From NCBI GenBank assembly GCA_965285935.1, contig OZ260666.1, forward strand, positions 22,754,001 through 22,818,000: a DNA stretch of 64,000 nt. The letters run 5' to 3'. This DNA is from Ophelia neglecta. Taxonomy: Eukaryota. How positions within the stretch are numbered: the first letter of the stretch is position 1; every line of letters starts with the position of its first letter. Under the pieces are notes generated by a model, which was given only the letters and a program-made list of their open reading frames with translations, was not told the origin of the DNA and ran no database searches. This document shows positions 40,030 through 52,345 of this stretch, in pieces. The position numbers and the translations under genes are program-made.

Positions 40030-40380
40030 CCTCCCCCCCCCCCTCCCTTCTTCCTCATACTGAGAATGCCCCAGACTGAGTGACATCCTCCCCCCGGGCT
40101 CCCCCCTCCCTCCCCCCCCCCCGGCCTCCCCCCCCCCCCCACACACACCTCACCTCCCTCCTTCCTCGTACTGAGAACACCTGGGACTGAGTGACAACAC
40201 CCCTCCCCCCCTCCCTTCTTCCACCTTTCTCGTAATCCCCCCCCCCCGCCCCCACCTCCACTCCCTCCTTCCTCGTACTGAGAACGCCCTGGACTGAGTG
40301 GCCTCTTCCCCCCCCCCCCTCCCACTCTTCCTCGCACCGAGAACACCCCGGCCTGTGAACCCCCAGACTGGAAGGACACT
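40030..40380. repeat. Poly-C-rich degenerate repeat (ttcctcgtactgagaac...ggactgagtg, 3-4 copies)
   Basis: Visible directly; a single copy occupies the paralogous position ~59600-59655. Confidence 0.7.
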
Positions 40381-41014
40381 GTTATTACCCTTAATTAGTT
40401 TCCATGGGGTCCTGTTGCCGTGACGTGTAACCATGCTACGTTAAATTACAAGATCGTCACTGTAACTGTTGGCAGGTGTTTTCTGGAAATTTCTGTATTT
40501 GCTTTCTAACCAGAAATAAAATTTAGCTTTCAAAGGGAAATGTACACCAAAAAAAAAAAAAAAAAAAAAATCTGTAGAAGTTAAAACCAATACAAAATGT
40601 ATGTATACTGCCGGCGTTCATCTGACGCGTATTCACGATGATATCTTATGTAGTATAAACCTCTTTTAAGGTTATCAACTCATTGTGAATGTGTGGAAAA
40701 AAAGTGGTTTATGCCTACTTCTGATTGTTGTTGCATTCTTACGTTAATATGTCTACTTATTTTTAAAGATACAGAATAGTATTCTCTGTGTCAGACTAGT
40801 CATATACCATATATTACTCGGGACATATCGGGTCCCCCACTGTGCTCAGGCTCAGCCACTGAATCAAGCTCAGAGTCACTTATTATATCAAACCACCAAA
40901 CAATTATTCGCTACTGGTTCAATCCTCTACTCTCTACTGGTGAGAAAAATACAAAAAAATGCAACGGTTGTGCACTGAGTGGCTGAAGAGACGTATGCTG
41001 GTATGTACCACAGT

Positions 41015-41600
41015 TAAAGTGCTTCATCAAGTAATTTCTTCAACAGCTAAGTGTGAATAGCGTCAAGATGACACGAAGCCGCTGTGAACGAGAAATTAGT
41101 TTAGCGACTTCTTCCTGTGAAGCGCCGCTCAACAAATGAAGAGAGGCGCGCTCTGGACATGGTGCCACATAAATGTGTGTCAAGGCATGCGACCAAACTG
41201 GCAAGGCATCCCGAATCGTCTCAAATTCTTCAATGAAAAAATGTGAGAACCAGTCAGCAAATTCTTAATAGAAGCTGTGATCGGGTAGTATCACTGTCTT
41301 ACTCTTTGGGAGCAAACTGTCAAGAATGGACTGAACCGACTTCGCGTCAAAGCCTGCCTCCACGAACCTTAGTATTTTACCTGTTATTGTATAATTTTGG
41401 TAGTTTCTGGTGTCTTTTTAGAGGTTTTCTTGGCAGGCAAGGAAACCTCCTCATCGTATAAATGGATAGTTGTTTTCCATCTCCGTTCTTGTTTATGTTT
41501 CTTCCCCTTAAGGTCATCATCATACCAGAACTGCTGTGAGCCCAGAGAGGCAATCAAGGAATACTGAGCGGCGTAACGGTTCAGCGTTGGCAATATGGTG
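41015..41600 (-). mobile_element. L2-type LINE ORF2 fragment (duplicate of 60835-61430)
   Basis: Colinear with the copy at 60.8-61.4 kb; peptide QQFWYDDDLKGKKHKQERRWK. Confidence 0.7.
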
Positions 41601-42717
41601 GAGTTTAGATGATAAATGTGGAAATGTCAATGTTTCTTCATTTCCTAGTATTGGTTGTTTTTTGCACCACGGGTGTCTTTGAAACACCAACACCACACAA
41701 AATGACACATACATGAAACTGACAATACATATACAGTTGTACTGGTATAGAACTGCGAACTGGTATTTGTAGGCCTGAGCCAGACGGTACCAGATGATTT
41801 CAGACATATCTAGGTATCTCCTCTGGTTTTTTAAACGCTACATTCCAGATAAAGGATTTCGGGTTATCTGCCGGGTATACGAACCTGTTTAACCGCTTAT
41901 TAATGATTGGCGGGAATGTACGTACTACCCCTAACTATGAAAGAACGTTCAAATCAAGAAATGTAACTTGAAGGCCGTTTTTATTGGCGATTATCGAAGC
42001 GCTTAGCACCAGAATTAACAATGAATTAACACACAGATTAAATGGTCTACTGCATCCAATTTACCAAGTCACATAAGTGGCAATACGTGTATGCTAAAGA
42101 AGTGACGGCGTTTACACACTTTGTGCAAATAGCACAAAAATATGTCATCAAACATAATCAAAGAAAATGTTTAAATATCTCAAAACGGGAACAATGTAAG
42201 TCGTGCAAAGTAAATACTAGTGGTTTTAATACAACAGATTCAGAAGGTCTACTCATGTTGCGACACGTGTATGCTAAAGAAGTGAGGATGGGTACACACT
42301 ATGTGCAAATGGCGTCTCACAAAACATAGTCAAAGACGATTTTTGAAAATTTAAATATCATTAACACTGAATGAATGAAATTGAATACTGTTATCATTAT
42401 TTTATATGCTTATGTACTGATCCCCAATAGATAAAATCGTAAGTGCAGGGTCTTCTTAAATAGGCACATATTTTCGGTAATAGAAAACGTACCAATATCA
42501 AGCTTTAGTCATCCTATCTAAATAAAATTAAGTATATGCTCAAGTGCAAGATGGATGTATAAAAAACACCAATAATGCATGAATGAACACATGGATGAAT
42601 GTAGTCATTATACTAAATACTACACCAAATACCGACGATGGATTTGTGGAAGGTTGGAGATTTAAGTCTGTTCAGAAACATGGGCTTCATCATTTTCAAA
42701 TTGTTTCAAATTGTACT

Positions 42718-44805
42718 TCAAACATTATAAATATATGCTGTGACCATACTACTCATTTTATTCGGAAGCTTCAAATCACACATTTCCCACTCATCGGCCT
42801 CGATGTCATATCTTTGTATACAGTCTAGCTTGGTGTTGTCGTTTTTACAATAACCTCCGATGATATAAAACAAGTTATTAATCCTGACAGAGCAACCCAA
42901 ATAACAAGCAAACGTAGGAGGCGAGAGTTCCGTCCACTGATCTTGTATTATATCATAACACTCTGCTGACATGATATCTTTCCATTTACCCTCCATTGAC
43001 ACTCCTCCACCAACCACTACCAGCATACCAACCGCACTAGTCATGGCATGGCACTGACGTACTTGTAACATTGGAGACTTTTCAATCCAAACGTCGTCAC
43101 AGAAGCTAAACAATGTTTTAGTTTTACTACCACCACTGATGTACAGAACTCCGCCTTCATAAGACGCAGCATGCTGAGCTCGTGCTCGTGGCATTGGCAC
43201 CATTCGTGCCCATTTCTGTTTTCGCACGTCATATTTCTCCACACAGACTAAAAGGGTTTTGTGGTCCGATCCACCAACAGCGAAAACGGAATCATCACAT
43301 GTTGTCAAAGTGTGCCAGCATCGTTTCTGTCCCATCTCTTCTAGTTCCAGCCATGCGTTTGAACGAGAGTCAAGCCGGAACATCGTATTTACACAACCAG
43401 ATTCGTTTTGACCACCAGAAACAAATATATATCCATTCATCTCAGCACAAGCACTGCCGATTAATGCGAACGGGGTTTCACAAACATCAGTAAAAGGTGA
43501 CAGGGATACGTTGTCTTTTAAATGGGTAACCTTTGCCGTCAAAACATTTTTGATACAATTATTAGATGAATCTTGTCCCCCCATGATGTAAATGGTTGAA
43601 TGCTTCAGGCGTAGTTTGTTAATGTTTCCCTCGGCTAGTTGTGGGTCATTTGGCCGTAAATGGTACCTCATGGCAGATACATATTTATCATTACATCCTT
43701 GTAAAGGGTGCTCTAATACTACTTCTTCCATTTCTTCTTTCGCCATCAGACCAAATCTTATCAGACCGACTACTCTACGGTTTGTTTCAGCACTTGTATT
43801 GTTGTGTTTGATCCATTTCACTACCGTTTTGAAAATATCAATTTCTGATATTTTTCCTAAATAGTCACTGTCCAGCATCAGGCAGAGTTCATCCTCAGAA
43901 ATGTCCAGAGACAGATCCTTGAAGGCATGTAGACATAACTGGTTGAGATAAGTCACAGACTCAGACCCAGCATACTGCTTGGCCCACTTCACGGCGAGTG
44001 AAGTACCTTGAGCTGTAGGGGATGTTTTCACCAAACCTTCTACACAAGCTTTAATAATGCCAACAAAATTTATTTCCAGTGACAACTCTGTCAATGCTAT
44101 GATGGATGTACCAGTGGCTTCTTTTGGTATGATGAGTTTATCTCCTGGTTGCGCAATATCTCGCATTGCAACGAAAGTATTTTTGTAATTAGTAATTTCA
44201 CCTGTCTCTGCTAATATTACCTCAAGAAAGACATTCATTGCGTAACACCTGTTATTGTCAGACAACGTCCCATGTTCTAGAATCTCCCTGATGAAGGCAG
44301 CGTCCAATCCTTTGATGATTGCTTCCTTAGGAACTTTAGTAATATTATCTAAAATCAGATTAGGAACAAATTCCTTTGGTTGGACTGACCGAGGATGTTT
44401 AAAAGCAGCTCGCAGAAAGTGACACCAAATATTTGCATTAGCATCTGTATTCAAGGCAAAGTTTAAACACTTTTGCACTATGTCCAGGAACTCCAGACCC
44501 AGAGCAGCATCAATGATGTGTTCAAAGTTATCTTCAGAGATCGTAATCTCACCAGAGTAACAATAATCTACAATGAGCTGTAAACCTTTACCCGACATGG
44601 TTTTGACGGCCAGTTCTTTCTTGTTCTGTTTCAAGAGACCAGTAATACGGTTGAACAGAGTCTGGTTACAGGCAGCCATGTATGGTAAATGGACCCTGAC
44701 CTCTCCATCCTTGGCACAGATAACTCCGTCCAGACCAATCTCCATCTCCCTCAGACGAGACATTCTCTCATGGAACCCCAGGTAGTCTGTCGTCGTTACC
44801 TTCAT
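42718..44805 (-). CDS. BTB-BACK-Kelch (KLHL-like Cul3 adaptor) copy 2, 695 aa, single coding exon
   Basis: BTB (VHLPYMAAC...LIVDYCYSGEITISEDN), BACK (LMLDSDYLGKISEIDIFKTVVKWIKHN...LIRFGLM) and six kelch repeats with GG...Y/W motifs. Acceptor at 44819-44820. Confidence 0.93.
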   Translation of the reverse strand: MKVTTTDYLGFHERMSRLREMEIGLDGVICAKDGEVRVHLPYMAACNQTLFNRITGLLKQNKKELAVKTMSGKGLQLIVDYCYSGEITISEDNFEHIIDAALGLEFLDIVQKCLNFALNTDANANIWCHFLRAAFKHPRSVQPKEFVPNLILDNITKVPKEAIIKGLDAAFIREILEHGTLSDNNRCYAMNVFLEVILAETGEITNYKNTFVAMRDIAQPGDKLIIPKEATGTSIIALTELSLEINFVGIIKACVEGLVKTSPTAQGTSLAVKWAKQYAGSESVTYLNQLCLHAFKDLSLDISEDELCLMLDSDYLGKISEIDIFKTVVKWIKHNNTSAETNRRVVGLIRFGLMAKEEMEEVVLEHPLQGCNDKYVSAMRYHLRPNDPQLAEGNINKLRLKHSTIYIMGGQDSSNNCIKNVLTAKVTHLKDNVSLSPFTDVCETPFALIGSACAEMNGYIFVSGGQNESGCVNTMFRLDSRSNAWLELEEMGQKRCWHTLTTCDDSVFAVGGSDHKTLLVCVEKYDVRKQKWARMVPMPRARAQHAASYEGGVLYISGGSKTKTLFSFCDDVWIEKSPMLQVRQCHAMTSAVGMLVVVGGGVSMEGKWKDIMSAECYDIIQDQWTELSPPTFACYLGCSVRINNLFYIIGGYCKNDNTKLDCIQRYDIEADEWEMCDLKLPNKMSSMVTAYIYNV

Positions 44806-45184
44806 TGTTATGATTTCCCTGCAAATATTAATTTGATCTATAGTAAGTTCATTTTTTCACATCACTATGATTTTCTCCCAATAGGAACCAATATGTGATT
44901 CTATCATCGGGTGTACTAGTACCATTTGAAAAATTACAGTACGAAGTCAACTCCCCACCTATAGGCCACGAGGGCTACATATTGTAGAGCTAAATTGGAG
45001 ACAAATACGGCCTGTAGTAAAAGCCGAGCTATAATACGCGCCGCGTCCATAATAAAGGACTGGATAATGAGATCTGTCTATAATAAACGCTGTGTCCATA
45101 ATGAAATCTGGTCTAAAATAATTGCTTTTAGCTCCCCTTAATTAATAAACGCCCGCCGATTATTTAAGTCAATATGGTACGTAA

Positions 45185-46342
45185 AGACTGAACCCTGAAG
45201 ACCGATGGATCCCCAGGATGTGGAACCCCCCGATTGGAGACCCCCGAACTGGCGGACGCGCAGACTGAAAATTACCAGGCTGAGAACCCAGATTGAGTGT
45301 ACCACGGACTGAGGGACCCCCGGGCCAAACACATCCGGGCTGAGAATCCCCTGACTGAGAACCCAGATTGAGTGTACCACGGACTGAGGGACCCCCGGGC
45401 CAAACATATCCGGGCTGAGAATCCCCTGACTGAGAACCCTCGGACTGAGAACCCCTGTTCTGAAAACCTCCAGACTAGGAGTTCCTGGACTGAGAACCCT
45501 CTGACTGAGGGAGCCTCGGACTGAAAACCTAAGGACTAAAAATACTGTGAATTAGGACCCTCGGACTGAGAGACCCCGGACTTAAAACCCCCGTTATTCA
45601 AGTCCTTGGACTGAGAAAGCCCGAAATGAGTTTTCACCGGACTGATGGACCCCCGGACTGAGAACCACCTGACTGAGAGACCCCTGAACTGAGGAACCAC
45701 CGGACTGAAGGCTCCCGGACTGAGAGACCCCCGGACTGAGGGACCCCCGGACTGAGGGACCCCCGGACTGAAGGACCACCGGACTGAAGGCGCCCGGACT
45801 GAGAGACCACCGGACTAATAACCACCGGACTAAGAGACCCCCAGACTGAAGGACCCCTTGGACTGAGAGACCTCCGGATTGAGAGCACCGGACTGAGGGA
45901 CCCCCGGACTGAGAACCACCGGACTGAGAGACCACCGGACTGAGGGACCCCCGGACTGAGAGAGCACCGGACTGAGAGACCACCGGACTGAGGGACCCCC
46001 GGACTGAGAACCACCGGACTGAGAGACCACTGGACTGAGGGACCACCGGACTGAAGGCACCCGGACTGAGAGACCCCCGGACTGAGGGACGCCCGGACTG
46101 AGAACCACCGGACTGAGGGACCCCCGGACTGAGAGACCTCCGGACTGAGAGAGCCCCGGACTGAGAGACCCCGGGGCTGAGGGACCCCCGGACTGAGAGG
46201 CCTCCGGACTGAGAAACCCCGGGACTGAGGGACCCCCGGACTGAGAGACCTCCGGACTGAGAGACCTTTGGACTGAGAGACCTCCGGACTGAGAGACCTT
46301 TGGACTGAGAGAGCACCGGACTGAGGGACCCCGGACTGAGGG
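45185..46342. repeat. GGACTGAG minisatellite, paralogue of 35135-36825
   Basis: Same units and same flanks. Confidence 0.95.
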
Positions 46343-48040
46343 AACTTTTATTATTTAACGCCAGGAAGGTGGTGGTGGCTGGGGGGGGGGGAGCAAACGA
46401 TGAGCGATAAAATTTTCCCGACGTGGTTGTATCAATGTTCTCGCATATAGGCATTTGTGGCGGGGGGGGGGGGGCAAATGGAGACAGAATGGCCCAGAAG
46501 TTTACCTCCTTATGAGTTCTGATAGGGAAAATAGTTTACTCCACATAGCAACCCGACCGATCCCGCCGGACCCTCATCACCCCTTCTAATATCTTCCCTC
46601 CCTGTTTCCGCCTCTTGTTTGAATGCATACATGTGCTTTCGTGTTCCCGAATCCCGAGACAGTGAAAACCTAGACTCTTGCAAGCGATAACACGTAGGCC
46701 GAGGTTCTGCTCGGAATCCGACCTTTAGCCGTAACATTAAGCAGATAGCATGCACGCACGCCGAAAGAATTTATATTATTATCTCGTACTTTCAACCAAG
46801 GAATATAACTGCTGCGTTTATTGCAATATTAAGTAGTAAAAACCTTCATATAGATGAGGAAGTTTGGGAAGCTCTTGTTTTAGACTTGAGTCTTAGAAAA
46901 GAAGTAGTTTAAAAGCCTCGATCTGATTTAAATAGGTCAGAAACTTAAGTCTACATATCGTGTTCTCTGTGTATGTCCAATGTATTCAGAAGAAAAAGAG
47001 GTATATATATCGACGCATGGGAGTCAGTCACGTCGTATTGAATTTTATTATATTAAGATGATCCTAAAATCTAGTAATGATGCTGCCATGCCAGCTCATA
47101 CAACCAGGTCAATGGCAGATGGTGTATATTTATGCACGGCAACCCCTACGACCCCCTACCACCCCCAACCCTCCCCTCCCCCTACATACTGTACAGTATC
47201 AAATGGCCCGTCACTTAAGAAACCTCAAATTAATGCAACACATCAACTTGGTAGTTACAAATACAGAAAAAACATGGAAAGTTATGTATCGCACATTTGG
47301 TTTATCAGTTTTTCAGCTTAATTTATCAAGATACAAATTCTCTCCCTAGGTACAATTATAATAATACGATTATAAAAGCCGTGCCGCCCGGTGTATCACG
47401 GGACATTTGGATAGAAATACAAGTGTATAAGCTCCATTATGATCCGTTTGGATTATATATATATGTATGTATGTATGTATCCAAATGGTCATCCACACAT
47501 ATTTCCGAAAAGCTGTCATATGTACCGGATTACCATGATCTTTGTATAAGAACCAGTATAATAGCCATCTTGTTCCATATTTCCCTCGTTGTGACCTTGA
47601 TAAACAATTATTGGAATACAGACCCCCCTTCCGGTGGATGGTGATCACAGGACGCTGGAGAAATTACTTTTTGAAAATGAATTGCGCGCTCACATACTTT
47701 GTAATCTAAACCGTATATTGTGTTCTTTTGTATAATTTGTTCTTTTGGTGGATATTGGTGGTGTGGGTTGGATGTTGGATCTTCCATGCACCGAGAGTTA
47801 TGCCCCCCTCCCCTTCCAACGTCCTCTACTAAAACCTCCATTATCAGAACCCCCGAGACTAAAAGCGTCAGACATCCTAAAGTTAATATGTCAGCTAGAC
47901 CTAAAACAGGAGACTATCACCTGGGCTGATGACTTGTCCCGCTATAACGTTGAGACATATAATATAGATCTTCTGGCTACAATGTGTAATGGTAGATTTA
48001 ACAATCAGTGTGGTAATACAGCTAGTAAAATGGCACTTAC

Positions 48041-48270
48041 CAGATTAATTAACAAATCCCTTCAACGAGGTAAGAAATGGCGAAAATATATCGGAGAAAC
48101 AAACTATCCTCCCAAATGGGTTTGATGTGTTATCCTTGGTATGTCGTGATGTATAATCAGATAGTTGTTAGATACGATGTACTTCAACTTTATAACTGTA
48201 TGTCTATAGTTGCTAGGCAGTAACATGTGACACACTTATGAAACCCGAGAAATAGGGAATTTCCATTACT
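48041..48270 (-). promoter_or_regulatory. Putative promoter and non-coding exon 1 of kelch copy 2
   Basis: GGGAATTTCC 48255-48264; minus TATAAA 48189-48194; minus donor G|GTAAGT at 48040. Confidence 0.6.
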
Positions 48271-49039
48271 CATAAACCCGCTAGGCTAGAAGTGAAGAAC
48301 TAGTTAAACGCTTAAGCATGTAAACATGGCAAATGGTGCTGTGCTATAGCCGTCGGTTACGTGCTAAACAGTATTAACTCAGGGATTATAATGTACCCTG
48401 GACCTTACGTTCGACTATTAAGTGATCGATAGCCACCGATTACTGATAAGAACAGTTCTGCAAAAATAACCTAATATTACGGGTACATTTAAAACGAAAA
48501 TAGTACAACAGGTAAATAAAATACTTGATAACCAGTAGCCCAGATTATTACTGCATGACCCGGTATTGGGTGAGCGACAGCGGATGAGTGGGGGTCGTAT
48601 TAACATGGCAGGTGATTCGAGCCCTGTGTTTTCTGTGCTTCTACTGGAATAACATCATGTAGTCAAAACGTTAACATCCAAGTCTATGTGAAAGGACCAA
48701 ATACCGGAAGCCCTAGCTCAATCGCCTCTTCCTCTTTCCCCCTGCCTGAGATACCCCCCCCCCTGCATCCCGCGGACTCGGAACGCCCCGCAATAAAGAC
48801 CCACCCCCTACCCAAAACCCATCTGCTGCAGACAAACCTATCAATCCTTCTAACTTCCAATAGTGTCACGTCTGATCATTTGTTTTACATTGATTATTAT
48901 GTTGGTCACCCGGCTTGTTGCTCTGACTCTGTGAAAACGGTGTCAGCCAGTATTATCATATACGAATATTTCAATATCAATTAATTTGACAATGATTCTG
49001 TATCTTGAACATTATCAATTGTTAAGGCTCTTTGCCAAT

Positions 49040-49378
49040 TATTTCCGACAATATAGTCATTCCTTTTTCTGTGAAATGTGCACGTGGTTGACCGCCAGTC
49101 AAATCTTGGACTATGCGTTATAATTTCGTACTTAGCGTTATATGATTGAGCCCTGATTTTGTGGGCCTGAACTGGCGATTCCTGGGGACTTTGGACAGAC
49201 TTAAAAATTCACTCCCGTCTTTTTAAGGCAAGCTTCCATATACAGTGAAGCCTGTAAATTAAGACCACCAAAGGGACTGGCGAAATAATTCCGACAATAT
49301 AGTCATTCCTTTTTCTGTGAAATGTGCACGTGGTGGACCGCCAGTCAAATCTTGGACTATGCGTTATAATTTCGTATT
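49040..49378. repeat. ~90-bp direct repeat pair enclosing a MITE end
   Basis: ttccgacaatatagtcattcc...gcgttataatttcgta at about 49043 and 49289; tacagtgaagcctg MITE terminus at 49241. Confidence 0.8.
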
Positions 49379-49477
49379 TCCAATAATATTACCTGTAAGG
49401 TAGGTATGGTGGGGGTAGGGAGGTGGAGGGGAGGGGGGGGGTAGGGGTTGCAATACAATCTTAGTTAGCGCTATATA

Positions 49478-49775
49478 GGGCTGAGAGACGCCCGGGCTGA
49501 GAGACGCCCGGGCTGAGAGACACCAGAGCTGAGAGACCCCAGGGCTGAGAGACTCCAGGGCTGAGAGACCCCAGGGCTGAGAGACCCCAGGGCTGAGAGA
49601 CGCCCGGAATAAGAGACCCCCAGGCTGAGAGACCCACGGGCTGAGAGACCCCAGGGCTGAGAGACCCCCGGGCTGAGAGACCCCAGGGCTGAGAGACCCC
49701 ATGGCTGAGAGACCCCAGGGCGTAGAGTCCTCAGTTATGGGAGCCCTTAGTACTGCGAGCCCCCAGGGCTGAGCT
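49478..49775. repeat. 16-bp minisatellite variant (GGGCTGAGAGACCCCA)
   Basis: Visible directly. Confidence 0.9.
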
Positions 49776-49820
49776 TTAGCCCTTTGAACAATATCCACCT
49801 GCAGACAGGCACATCTTTTT

Positions 49821-49987
49821 AAAGTGAAACCTCGATATTAAGACCACTTGTCAATTCAGACCAGTAATATGAATACCATACCGTTCGCTATCACTGTAAA
49901 ATAATCTGTCTAAACAGATCACCTCTTTTATCAGACCAGTATTTCCTTGTTCCCTTTGTGTGGTCGCAATTCACGGGTTTTACTATA
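49821..49987 (+). mobile_element. Diverged CAGTGAAACCTG-family MITE
   Basis: agtgaaacct...aagaccac...cagaccagtatttcc...ccctttg...aattcacgggttttacta; colinear with 15683-15860. Confidence 0.6.
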
Positions 49988-50313
49988 TGTTGACACTAGG
50001 TAGGATTGGAATTTAACCGATTAAACTGGTTGGGTTTTAAACCACTAGGTTTATGCAACCCAATTATCTTACTAGTCACAAGTTAGCCGTCAAGATAGCG
50101 TTAAATACTAAAAGAGTTATTCAACAGGCCCCTTAACTGAGTGACACCCGAACTGAGAGTCGGAATTAGGATGGTGGGTGGACTTAAATACTTCTGGACT
50201 GAGAGTCCCCCGGGCTGAGGGACCCACATACTGATGGATCCATGACCTCGCTACATGGGTCAGCTAATGGTACACACAGTACACAGATTGGTCAGGAAGA
50301 TACACGAATTGTA

Positions 50314-50520
50314 ACTTACCTGATTTACCAAGACTTCCCAACGTGATAAGGAATGGCGTAATTACATCGGCAAACACTCTATTTTGAATGACACGATACC
50401 TGTACAAGTCAATGTTATAAGAGGGGACCTACTTGAACTTTATGACTGTGCACCTGTCGTTGTCAGGCCGTAACATGTCACACACTTAATACCGAGAATC
50501 AGGTAAATTCCATTACTCAC
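50314..50520 (-). promoter_or_regulatory. Diverged extra copy of the promoter/exon-1 module
   Basis: acttacc donor (50314-50320), taaggaatggcg, gtaacatgtcacacactt and ggtaaattccattactca are all colinear with 48035-48272. The TATA box and kB site carry substitutions. Confidence 0.5.
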
Positions 50521-52345
50521 TAGACTTGCAATCTTATTGTAATATTCTACTAGTTAGATGAACAAGCATGCAAAAGGTAGTTGTGTTTTCCGTGAGTTAC
50601 TTGATGATAACAGTATCGGCACTGGACGGTACTGGAATATATTATATAAATATCATTTACCATCACAAGAACCCCCCCCCCCCCAAAAAAAAAACAAACA
50701 AAAAAAAAAACAAAAAAAAAAACAATATTATTTTGGGCCAAATAATGACTTTGCACATTTACTTTGTATACAAAAAATAATGGAAAGTCTAATACTAAAT
50801 TTAATATCTGACTGAATTTGACACCGACAACAATCAGTTTTTGAGTCAGCAACATATATCAGAATACATTTCTTATACCACGATAGGCCCCACAAAGTCA
50901 ATAGATACATCACGGTATTCTTGTTTTATATTGCTTTAGTGTAATACTTTCAATTTAGTACACTCCTAAATAAAAGCATGTCGGCAAAATGTCTGCCCAA
51001 ATATAATATTATAATTATACTGTATGGCATACTTCATTTATTGTTGTACGTAGACGAAAGTTCAAATAAAATAATGTGGCTGGATGGGTGTACATATGAA
51101 GTCGGGTAAGGCAGGGGTCATTTATCATGGGTGAGGTAAGGTTCGTGGCCGGGTGACAAAAGGGATAGATGGCGGATCCGGCGGGGTAGGGGTGGGCAAG
51201 TGGGCACATGTATGATGGGTGAGGTGAAGACGATTCCTGGATGATCAGGGGGGTGGGTGGGGGAATGGGGTGATATGGGAACCATTGGATCCATTTTTTA
51301 TAGATGAGGTGAGGAAAATGTACGGATGACCAGATGGGTTGACGGGAAATGGGGCCCGGTGGGGAGGACAAATAACGGGATGACGGGTCTCTGGCTAACA
51401 CTATGCCGATAAAGCAGTGCTTACATGTAACATGTTACATTCCAATGACAAAGGGAATAAGGCACAAAGTGTGCTTATGTTCATCACTAGAAACGCCAAT
51501 GAACATATAAAGAAGTGCATGTGCCAGAGAGAAAAACATACTAAGATACCCGCGGCCCAGTTGGCGGAACGCAACCGAGTTGCATGTCTAATTAATGGCA
51601 CATGGTCTTTGTTGGCTGTTGTTTTAACCTGTTAACCCCGATGTAGGTGTTGGTGCTCGTTCATTATACAGGTTTCCACGACATGATTCAAAGCACACAA
51701 CAAACGATTGGGATGTAAGCCTACCGTGTCTTTAATACTACTACTCATCTTTGATGGTTATACTAATGAATGGGTCAGGTGTTCTTTAAAGGAACCATAT
51801 AAACTAAGAAGCAAATCGACAAGGCAGTCATTTAGACAAACGTGCGTTCAAATTACTTTCAAAAAAGTTAATTTAAATATTAAACATGTACAACGAATTC
51901 TCCGTGTAATAAGTCCTCGGGCGATGCCAAAGCCTGGTGATTTTTTGCTGTTTTAGTTGCTGGCCGTGTCAACCTCCCTAAAGTCCCGTGTGATTGATCT
52001 CAGGCGTTGTGCGGGTACCAGAAATGACTGGTCTCCATACTATTGCGTTCGGAGAATCAAGACGGAGCTTTCCTATATGGAACGCAGATGGAATTGTGTC
52101 CGTTTAACATTCTTTGATACAAGTTCTTTTCAAGGAAAGATACGGGTTAAGCACAGCGCCTAGTCACAGTAACAATCTGGATTACTGCACCCAGCAATGT
52201 TAAGGATTGGCACATTTTGGCCATGAATATACATAAAACATTCTGCATTGTTTATACAGCATTGTTCAACCATCGCATTAAAAAAAAGCGATTTTAGCTT
52301 TAAGATAATTCAAGGTCAGAGTGACTTTGGTAGTTCATTGGCATT

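Noticed and set aside
39996-40434. Gly-rich ORFs
   Set aside because: Produced by poly-C homopolymer tracts whose lengths are also error-prone.
42718-44805. Viral (poxvirus-like) origin of the intronless BTB-Kelch genes
   Set aside because: A spliceosomal acceptor precedes the ATG, a candidate upstream exon exists and no viral genes are nearby. A retrogene or host origin is simpler; phylogeny is needed to settle it.
51400-52200. Possible decayed retroelement coding sequence downstream of copy 3
   Set aside because: Only vague motif resemblance; too degraded to call by eye.
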